A DNA stretch of 10,385 nt from Azolla caroliniana. Its lineage: Eukaryota > Plantae > Polypodiophyta. Position numbers and translations under genes: made by a program. How positions within the stretch are numbered: the first letter of the stretch is position 1; each line of letters opens with the position of its first letter. The notes beneath the pieces are model-generated. The model was not told where the DNA came from and did not search any database. It saw only the letters and a list, made by a program, of their open reading frames with translations. The stretch lies in the NCBI GenBank assembly GCA_043228905.1, contig JBHGNT010001279.1, positions 1 through 10,385 on the forward strand, in the 5' to 3' direction. Positions 1-8,131 of the stretch are shown piece after piece.

Positions 1-2410
1 AAACTATATCTCTATTTGAGAGTCCGTCAAATACATGTGCTGATGATATCAAGAATCCACATTTACCATACATGTCAACCAAGGAGCTACCAACCAAATT
101 ATCTCTTTCCATAGAATCCTCTCTTTCAACACATTGTGCATGTATTTCTCGCCCTTTTTCTACATCCCGTGTGATACTGCAAAGTTTTAAGGCATAGACT
201 AAGGTGATCTCATCAACGACGATTCTCTCAAGTTCCATACATCTAAAGCACCTCATTGCTTCTTCAATATTTCCTTGTTCAGTATACCCTGCAAGTAATG
301 CATTCCATGATGCTGTATTCTTATGTTGAAGCCTTTCAAATACTTCATATGCTTTTCCAAGCATCCCAAATTTGGCATAGGTATCAACCACAGTATTGCC
401 AATCTCAAGATCTCTTTCCAATAAGCCTTGCCTTTCAATCTCAGCATGTATTTCTTGGCCCTTTCCTATTGCACCCATGCCACTACAAATTTTCAAGACA
501 CAATCAAAAGTGGCATTGTTTGGTCGGAAACCCTCAAATTGCATCTTATCAAAACATTCAATTGCCTCATCAAAGTAATCATGCTCAACATATGCAGCAA
601 TGAGTGTAGTCCATGAGACAACATTTCTGATCGGAAGCTTATCAATTAACTTTTGTGCTATATTAATGAAACCACATTTTGCATACATATCAATCAAGGC
701 ATTACCAACTGTAAGGTCTCTTTGGATCAAACCTTGTCTTTCAATCTCAGCATGAATTTCATATCCTTTATCTAGAGCTCGAATTTTCCCACAAGCTTTT
801 AAACCACAAATAAATGTTGCAGCATTCGGGTGAACATTCTCAAGTTCCATTTGTTCCAAACACATGAGTGCTTCATCTCCATAACCATGTTCACCATAAC
901 CTACAATTAATGAAGTCCATGCAACCACATCTTGATATTGAATCCTTTCAAATACTTGCTGAGCTAAAGTAAACAATCTGCATTTAGCAAGCATGTCAAC
1001 CATAGCACTGCCTACAAATCTTTGTTGTTGGAGCCCTTGTATCTCGATCTCTGCACATATTTGTTGACCCCTCATTGCATTTCCAATGCTTCCACAAGCT
1101 TTCAATATGCAGACAAATGTAGTAGAATTTGGAATGACACCTTTGAGTGTCATTTCATCGAAACACCTTAATGCATCCTCGACATGCCCATGTTGAACAT
1201 ACCCTCCAATCAACACTGTCCAGGAAATAACGTCTTGATTTGGAAGCTTATCAAATACCTCTTCTGCACAACTCAGAAGACCACATTTCACATATGCATC
1301 GATCAATGTGCTGCCAATGATAGGATTCTCTTCTAGCAAGCTTTTTCTTTCAACTTCGACATGTATACCTTGAAGTTTATTTGTGGCTCCTATGTTAGAA
1401 CACGCTTTCAAAACACAAACAAATGCTGTGGCATTAGGTGGTATACCCTCCCTTTGCATTCTTTCGAAACACTCTAATGCTTCGTTGCCATGCCCATGTT
1501 CGGCATATCCAGAAATTAGTGAAGTCCAAGAGACAATATCCTGGACCTGAAGCTCATCAAACACTTTCTTAGCATAATCAAGAGAACCAAATTTTGCATA
1601 CATATCAACTAAAGTACTTCCAAGGCGAGGTTCTGTGTCGAAAAATCCTAATTCCTTGATTTGGGTATGTAAATCTACACCTTTCCTTAGATTTCCCGAT
1701 GTAATGCAGGCTTTTAATATGCATATCAATGTGGGAGCATTAGGAGCAATACCTTCAATGCACATTTGATGATAAGAACTCAAAGCTTCATCTCCATATC
1801 CATTCTCAACATAAACATCAATAAGAGTGGTCCAAATTACAACATCTCGAACATTAACTACATCAAATACGTGTATTGCTTTGCATAGAAGACCACATTT
1901 AGCATACATATGAATCAAAGCACTTCCAACAAATGGGTTGTTTTGAAACAGCACAATACTATCAATTTTAGCATGTATATCACCACAAATTTTCGCATCC
2001 TTGAGATCAGAGCAAGCTTTAAGCAAAGAGACAAATAGATATGAAGTGAAATGCTGATGATGAATATTGCTGCCTTCTCCTTCTCTTTGTTCTTGTTGTT
2101 GTTCAAGTTTCTGATAAAAAAGCTTGATAGCATCTAAAGGTTTCTTGCATTTCACATAACCAGATATAAGAGCATTCCATGAGAGATGATTACCATGAAA
2201 CAATGTATCATAGATTTTCCGAGCAACAAGGATATTTCCCATAGCCACCAAAACGATGACAAGATTGTTCCCCACTGATGGGTGGCTTGAAAGACCAAGC
2301 CTACTAGCAACTCCATGGAATTGCAGAGCATATCCATGGTTGTAGCAGAACTGGTTTCTGATGTCTTGGAGAAGGTGAGAAAAACATTGAACGGAGGGTT
2401 GTGCAGGCAT
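1..2410 (-). CDS. PLS-class pentatricopeptide repeat (PPR) protein, 3'-partial (runs off the window start); putative organellar RNA-editing specificity factor
   Basis: Manual translation of the minus frame from ATG 2410 to base 2 gives 803 codons with no stop: MPAQPSVQCFSHLLQDIRNQ...SWNALISGYVKC...VGSALIHMYAKCG...DIVSWTSLISGYAEHGHGNEALECFERMQREGIPPNATAFVCVLKACS...VGNALIDMYAKCG...LVGSSLVDMYGKCGFLISSAHVFDGLSNRDIV. Motif order is L-S-(P-L-S)x7 plus the start of another P (P 35 aa, L mostly 36 aa, S 31 aa, period about 306 nt). An in-frame TGA at 2429-2431 bounds the ORF upstream. The true start may lie in an upstream exon. Confidence 0.96.
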   Translation of the reverse strand, partial: MPAQPSVQCFSHLLQDIRNQFCYNHGYALQFHGVASRLGLSSHPSVGNNLVIVLVAMGNILVARKIYDTLFHGNHLSWNALISGYVKCKKPLDAIKLFYQKLEQQQEQREGEGSNIHHQHFTSYLFVSLLKACSDLKDAKICGDIHAKIDSIVLFQNNPFVGSALIHMYAKCGLLCKAIHVFDVVNVRDVVIWTTLIDVYVENGYGDEALSSYHQMCIEGIAPNAPTLICILKACITSGNLRKGVDLHTQIKELGFFDTEPRLGSTLVDMYAKFGSLDYAKKVFDELQVQDIVSWTSLISGYAEHGHGNEALECFERMQREGIPPNATAFVCVLKACSNIGATNKLQGIHVEVERKSLLEENPIIGSTLIDAYVKCGLLSCAEEVFDKLPNQDVISWTVLIGGYVQHGHVEDALRCFDEMTLKGVIPNSTTFVCILKACGSIGNAMRGQQICAEIEIQGLQQQRFVGSAMVDMLAKCRLFTLAQQVFERIQYQDVVAWTSLIVGYGEHGYGDEALMCLEQMELENVHPNAATFICGLKACGKIRALDKGYEIHAEIERQGLIQRDLTVGNALIDMYAKCGFINIAQKLIDKLPIRNVVSWTTLIAAYVEHDYFDEAIECFDKMQFEGFRPNNATFDCVLKICSGMGAIGKGQEIHAEIERQGLLERDLEIGNTVVDTYAKFGMLGKAYEVFERLQHKNTASWNALLAGYTEQGNIEEAMRCFRCMELERIVVDEITLVYALKLCSITRDVEKGREIHAQCVEREDSMERDNLVGSSLVDMYGKCGFLISSAHVFDGLSNRDIV

Positions 2411-2439
2411 CTCGAAGGTAAACCCTGTTCAGCTTCCAT
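2152..2439 (-). other. Out-of-frame upstream ORF (95 codons) overlapping the PPR start
   Basis: ATG at 2439 in context GAC-ATG-G, 29 nt upstream of the PPR ATG and in a different frame, ending at 2152. No recognisable protein and no evidence of translation. Confidence 0.3.
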
Positions 2440-2482
2440 GTCTGCAAAGAAAGAAGAAAGAAAGGAAGAACTGAAAAAAAGG
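2425..2482 (-). other. Polypyrimidine tract with candidate 3' splice acceptors upstream of the PPR ORF (alternatively a CT-rich 5'UTR)
   Basis: Minus strand reads CCTTTTTTTCAG|TTCTTCCTTTCTTTCTTCTTTCTTTGCAG|ACATGGAAGCTGAACAG|GG. The AGs end at 2471, 2442 (TTTGCAG, best plant consensus) and 2425. Confidence 0.55.
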
Positions 2483-2853
2483 ATTGATTATTTCCTCTGT
2501 TTCTACAATTTACAAATTTCACATATTATGTTAAAATAGGCCACATTTGGTCCCTAAAGAGTGCCTCTAGATTTAGATTTAGATTTAGAGACCCCCACCA
2601 AATACAATAGAAATTAGAGGGCATAATAATAATTGGTTCAAGAACTTTAATGACATGTTAATGATGGGCCGCTCTTCACGTTGGCCTTTCTCCTGCATTG
2701 CGGGGCTCCCTCTACTTCTCATCAATTACCCCAAATCAAGTTTTGAGCTCCTAGGATGAGCAATTTTATGCTCTCTTTCCTCTCCGACCGCGTATAGATA
2801 GTTCCAACTTGTGTGCATGTTATCTTTGCATGTAAGTAATTGTCATAAGGCCA

Positions 2854-3232
2854 AACAAGCCCAAGTGTGGATGTCTATAGGTCAAGGATTTCACCCCACC
2901 CCAAGCACAATAAGTTTATGCATCGATTCCATTATGTTCAAATATGAATGCATACATACATGGAAGAGAACAAGATTTGTGCTTTAAAGAGATGTTTGTA
3001 GAACAAGCCCAAGCATGGATGTCTGTAGATCAAGGACTTGCTTTCACCACCCCACACCCCAAGCACTTTAAGTTTATGCATCAACTCAGTACTTGGATAT
3101 TTGATGTTATGGTCGAATGCTTCACTTGCAACTGAGCACATTGCCACTAGCACATTACCTTCAACAGCTCCAAGTGCCTTGATTTCAAAGATTACGTTCA
3201 AATATGAATGTATACATATGTATATGGAAGAG
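2854..3232. repeat. Imperfect direct duplication: copy A 2854-2968; copy B 3002-3082 plus 3181-3232, with about 98 bp extra in the middle
   Basis: AACAAGCCCAAG..TGGATGTCT.TAG.TCAAGGA...CACCCCAAGCAC..TAAGTTTATGCATC occurs in both copies. In both it is followed by GATT.C..ATTA.GTTCAAATATGAATG.ATACATA..TGGAAGAG. Confidence 0.85.
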
Positions 3233-3276
3233 CGCATGAGTTGTGCTTTCCCTATTTTTATTCTTGTAGGAAGTTT

Positions 3277-3900
3277 TCAAATGTCCCTTGGTTCCTAAGC
3301 TCACGTGCACATCAAAAATGAGTTTCAAAGGTTTGGGCAAATAATGAAATTAGGTTAGGGACATTTGAGGGTGTTTGAGAAAATTTCTCAAATATCAACA
3401 AACACCAAAGATATATTAATAATTTTGAAACTCCTCACATAAAATCATTCAATCATTGGAGAGGAAATGATTGAAGTCACATGTGTGCTCATGGATTATT
3501 TGATCGCCCTAACATGTCTCGACAAGCCATTTACCATGCCATTTGGCCATTTGCATCACAATTATGCATTTTGATACGGATGTTGTAATAGTCTACAAAT
3601 AATATGGTCAGCTCAAATTAATTGGATCTTCGCTTTGTGGCACACAACCACCTATCAATGTTGTTATGGATTTCTACACCTAATATGTAGAAGATCAACT
3701 CCAATCAACATTTGCTAGCATGGACTTGAGTCAAGGAACGTAAAGTATATCTTCTAAGCACTTTTCCTCTTACTTGAGTCTTTACATAAAACAAATTTAA
3801 TTCCTTTTGTTGGATACTAGAGATGATTGCAAATCATGCCAAATACACCTTCAATGTCCCTTAAGTTCCACCTAAACACAATCAAAACAATTTGGCCCAA
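3277..3900. repeat. Degenerate inverted-repeat cluster, possibly an old MITE or DNA-transposon relic
   Basis: TCAAATGTCCCT (3277-3288) and AGGGACATTTGA (3357-3368) form a perfect 12-bp inverted pair. The reverse complement of about 3332-3380 aligns with gaps to about 3840-3900 (CAAATACACCTTCAATGTCCCTT...CCTAA...ATTTGGCCCAA). No TSD found. Confidence 0.35.
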
Positions 3901-4309
3901 TAAAGATTCAATCTCACATGGTCCTAAGAAAAAAGCAATGCAATTACAACTTGGTGGCTTGAAGTGAGGATTACTCTGGTTTACTTCAATAACTAAACCA
4001 TGGCCAAAATAAGTTACTCTTGTGTATACCAACAAAATTGGCCATATATGTAGTTCCTCACATGTTTGGATTTGCAAGGTGCGCCTATCATCACGATAGG
4101 TATATGTGAAAGTTGTCCCGTGCTTGCATGGTCACACTATAATTCTTGTGTCCATTCAATATGATTTGATGAATAACATTTCTATATCCCTCTCTCCCAA
4201 TTCATGACTTACACTAAATTTAAAAAATGGATAATGTGTTGTTATTTTGCCTTGAATATCTTACAAATGATACAAGTGCATTTCTCCAACAGTTCACATA
4301 CATATTAGG

Positions 4310-4900
4310 TACCTCATTTAAATTGAATGGATAAGAGGCTATCATTAGTTTTTTTATGCAGTACAATTTAATATTGCTTTAAACTCCTCAATGAGCCCAC
4401 TCTAATGCGTGTTCATACTTGCCACGAAGTGTGGATGATTCTTTCTGTTTGTGTAAATACCAAGTTTGCCTAGATCCATTGCAAACCTAGCAAGAAGCTT
4501 GTTATATTTCATATCCACATCTTAAAATTTTGATTACCTCAATCAAGCCTTACCTTTATGTTTAGTTAGGTAGATACTGACCTTGTTCCTTTCTACCACT
4601 CTTTTTGTAGAATGATATACCGGATGTGATTGAAACTCACAATGTGCCCTACTATCACACTCCCATAGTGTATGTAAGTCATCCAAAAATGTTGATGCTT
4701 TCCAAAGACTAATATATGTAGACATTACAAATGTAAACCACTTCAGTTTCTTCATCTTCACTTTATTGCCCCCTAGTTCACAATCTTCATGTAAAGGGGG
4801 CTACATATAGGTTTACACATGTCATGGCCACCACATGTCAACCACTTTAGCATCACCTACATTATCTTTTGATGCCTCTACTCCATGTGAAGAATCCTAC
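4310..4900 (-). pseudogene. Degraded coding-like remnant, possibly retrotransposon gag
   Basis: One minus frame reads ...STFLDDLHTLWECD...KVSIYLTKHKGKA*LR*SKF*DVDMKYNKLLARFAMDLGK...GLIEEFKAILNCTA*KN. The spacing loosely resembles the Ty3/gypsy gag pattern (FL..le / KV....L.G.A / l..rF / l..Q). By-eye resemblance only. Confidence 0.22.
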
Positions 4901-5367
4901 TTTTAAGCAAGACAATATGAAATTATCTTCGTTCTAACTCATCTATTATATTCACCGAGTTATTCTATCATAGCTCATTCCCCATGCCAACATACGTGCA
5001 ATCCCGTAAAAAGATAGATGTGCGCATCATAAACATATATGAAATACTAGCATGGCATATGGCAACTCACCAACCAACCATCAAACTTACACTGCTAGCA
5101 TTTTACAATGACCATGATAGGATAAGAATTCTGCCAATTGTCGCACCAATACGTTTCATGCTCAAGAGGAAAGGTTAAGGGAGCCATGAGCCATTAATGG
5201 AAGATAAGGGTTTGTGCACATGAGGTTTGAAATAATAAAAATGTGTTAATATGTATAGCATTGAGTTCCAATGAAATAAATATATTTCATATTAATGATT
5301 TAGGGGGTGATTTTGTACAAGTTAAAAGTGGAGGCTAATTGAATCACATTTGGGTTTCCACACTAAG

Positions 5368-6413
5368 TGTTACGATCCAGGGGATGTTTGCATGTGAAGG
5401 CTAAATCCCACCACTACATCAAAGTGTATCCTTGGGATACAACAATTTGGTGTCACATAATCAACTGGAATGAGAACCACAGAGATAAATAAAAGCACTT
5501 AGATAAGAGATATCATGTCGTTCCTCATTTTGATCTGCTCCAAAGAAAACACCTTTTGAATGTAAATCATACACTAATGGGAAAAAGTTCCTACAAAACT
5601 ATTGTATATTTTCCAGCAATAGAATGTGTTTTTAGAAAATTTCAATCTCTTATCATCTACACCTAGGATCCAAACATATTCATGTAAATCCACTCATTCA
5701 TTAACCCAACTTAAAAAATCGTTTTTCAAAACTAAATTGAGAGATTGTATTTACATTTTCCTCCAAGTCATCACTCAATAGGTTCAAGGACAAGTTCTTC
5801 TATAGAAGTAACACCTAGAAAACACAATGGAACTACTTTAATTGGAATTTCATTCTATGGTGTGCTTATTGTTGGGAGGTTAATGGATGCCATAACTTGC
5901 ATCCATTCCACATGCCGATTTTCCATGGGATCAAAAAGACCACCCAAAAAACTGTTAACTTTTGAAAGATTTGGCAACAACTAGATATAAATGCCTTGAT
6001 ACACTATGATACACAAAGTTATAGGAATTACTTTAACAAATAAAGGTTTTGAAATTCAGTTTTGGATACACAACAACTAGATATAAATGCATGGATACAT
6101 TATGAAACACACAAATTGTGGGAACTACTTTAACAAATAGAGGTTGTCGAAATTCTGTTTTGGATGATATGATTCATATCAAACAACTATTTGATGGCAA
6201 TGGCTTTAGAATGAAGACATATTTTGGATCGTACATGTTTTTGCTATACAATGATTTAAGAAGAGACCATATATTGGTTGGTTCATTACATTGTTTGTTG
6301 CTAAAGCAATTTGGGTTGTTATATCTCAACTTTGGGCCTCATTAATTGACTAGCAATATTTTGTCACCATTTAAATGGGTTATCAAGTAGAGTGTTACAA
6401 CTCTACCCACCCC
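5368..6413 (-). mobile_element. Possible degraded LTR with polypurine-tract junction (Ty3/gypsy-like)
   Basis: Minus strand has GGGGTGGGTAGAGT (6413-6400) directly followed by TGTAACAC (from 6399), the usual PPT-to-3'LTR junction shape. A possible far end ...GATCGTAACA lies at 5368. The left boundary is speculative and no partner LTR is in the window. Confidence 0.3.
5975..6165. repeat. Tandem duplication, unit about 96 bp, 2 copies (5975-6070, 6071-6165), with a fragment at 5822-5842
   Basis: CAACAACTAGATATAAATGC.T.GATACA.TATGA.ACAC...GGAA.TACTTTAACAAATA.AGGTT...GAAATTC.GTTTTGGAT is repeated head to tail. Confidence 0.9.
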
Positions 6414-8058
6414 ATCATATTAGCTTGTGTTTGTCTATCTTAGGCATTGGGAGATGTGGTATACTTGGAGCCTGAGAAATGGGTTCACGTTTGATGGATT
6501 TTAAGGGGAATACTTAGGTTGAAAGAAAATTAAGTTTGTGGTTTCTGCAACTATGGTGTATGGGCACCTTGTCCCTAGAGGAGTTAGATTTATGCCATTT
6601 AGTATTACAACACCTTAGAGGATTTACCTTGCAAAGCTAGATATGAAATAGAAGTGGATGACTTTATTTTGTAGTTTCTTTTTATATTCATCAGTTATGG
6701 CTTTTTTGTGTTGAATTATTAAAAGTTGAAGGGGACAAAAAGAGCAACCATTATACCTTATATCGCATCAATAGGAGAGCTAAAAAAAGTATGATGAGAG
6801 ATGTTATAAAATCAAATGGTTTGAGGTCAAAGTAGAGCGAAGGTTATTCTCAACCATTGAATCTAGTCATAATGTTTTGAGGAATAAGACCATAAACAAA
6901 CAAGATAATGACCTATCAATCAAAATTTTAAATATGTGTGTGCGACATCTCTAATTTGAACCATCAAACTTTTAATCATAAAACTTGTAGTGATTTTATC
7001 GGTACAATATCACATCTTAGAGACCCACAAGCCTACATATTGACACCTGGAGTTTCTACTTTACTCAATCAACTTTATCCATAAGGCAACACATTACGTG
7101 GTCAATATGATGATATGCAAGGTTCGGGTGATGTTCGATGGCAAAGGCAAGTGGCCTTTAAGAACCAATGACAAGACTTCACTTATTTTTTGATATAATT
7201 TTTGGTATGAAGTGGAATTATGCCATACCTTCTTTTATGTTGTATAACTGATATTTATTGTTCTACTTGTTTCATATATGACAACATCTACTTGATCAGA
7301 TGCTTATACTAGCCTTTGTATCACGATAGAAGTGAGATGAAATGTCTTATGTTTGCTCCATGTACAGTTTTGAAGTAATATACTGAGGTGAATCTTTCTC
7401 TTAAAAAAACATCCATATGTTCATCTTGTAAGTAAATAACAATGGGCATGAGTTGATGCACCAAGACAAAGCACATGATAGAGAAAGGATGTGAAAAAAT
7501 TAAAATGAAATTTATGCCTAAATTATAAATATGAACATCACATCTCATTCTTGATTGCGATTATGTCCCATCTAGCTCTCATATTACTCAAGTATTTATC
7601 GCATCTATAAAATGATGATGACAATATCATATCTATAAGACTTTATAAATAAACAATGTAAAGATGGGTGTGTCAATCACCCTAGATGCCTTTGAAGAAC
7701 CATTAAAGAGGGTGTTCAATAAGAATGCACAACAGTGCCAAGATAGAGCACATCATAGGATGTAGAGTTATCACAAGCAAATATCTTGGAAACTATGTCA
7801 GATAGAGCGTGATTATCCATTATAAAGCAAAAGGGCCTAGGTTCTCACCCTCTAGATAGGCAATATGTATCGCACACTATTCCTAGGAATGGAGAATTGA
7901 CGTATTCACTAAGGGACCCATGTAGTTGGTCACCATAATAAAAATGAGGGATGAGGAAGGTAAGTGATGCCAAAAGCATATGCCAAGTGATTGGAATTAA
8001 ATGTCTATATATTTGGGAAGTGGGCATATATATAATGAAAAAGGTGATGATGGCAAGA

Positions 8059-8065
8059 ACGTGGC
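8059..8065 (+). promoter_or_regulatory. ABRE-like element ACGTGGC upstream of the ASR gene
   Basis: Exact ABRE core 96 nt upstream of the ATG of an ABA/stress-family gene. A second TACGTGG is at 7095-7101 and TGACGT is near 7898. TATA-like sequences occur at about 8027-8035 and 8103-8109. Confidence 0.5.
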
Positions 8066-8130
8066 TTTCATCAAAACATAAAGAAAGGGTGACTTTCATC
8101 AATATATAGAGAAAGAGTGACTTTCATTAA
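8061..8130 (+). repeat. 28-bp tandem repeat, about 2.5 copies, in the ASR proximal promoter/5'UTR
   Basis: GTGGCTTTCATCAAAACATAAAGAAAGG (8061-8088) / GTGACTTTCATCAATATATAGAGAAAGA (8089-8116) / GTGACTTTCATTAA (8117-8130). Confidence 0.85.
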
Positions 8131-8131
8131 G

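Noticed and set aside
253-616. Track ORFs 253..447(-), 256..603(+), 396..578(+), 428..616(+)
   Set aside because: Alternate-frame or antisense shadows of the PPR coding sequence, with no independent protein features.
1915-2539. Track ORFs 1915..2133(-), 2304..2522(-), 2315..2539(+)
   Set aside because: They overlap the PPR ORF in other frames or on the other strand. The K/E-rich part of the plus ORF is just the complement of the polypyrimidine tract.
2568-2589. (TTTAGA)n resembling a telomeric repeat
   Set aside because: Only about 3.5 units and not the TTTAGGG plant telomere motif; a simple microsatellite.
2938-3298. Three overlapping short ORFs (2938..3237-, 2944..3135+, 3038..3298+)
   Set aside because: They lie within a local DNA duplication and show no recognisable domain or coding character.
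3448-3475. 10-bp-stem hairpin TTCAATCATT-N8-AATGATTGAA
   Set aside because: AT-rich and short, plausible by chance in 10 kb, and far too small for a miRNA precursor.
3817-8102. Intergenic track ORFs (3817..4077, 4984..5178, 5745..5984, 6118..6345, 7321..7548, 7845..8102)
   Set aside because: 64-86 aa, several with non-ATG starts, no recognisable motifs; expected background in AT-rich DNA.
8061-8130. Regularly spaced short repeats as a CRISPR-like array
   Set aside because: Eukaryotic context, the intervening 14-mers resemble each other (a tandem repeat, not unique spacers), only three units and no cas genes.
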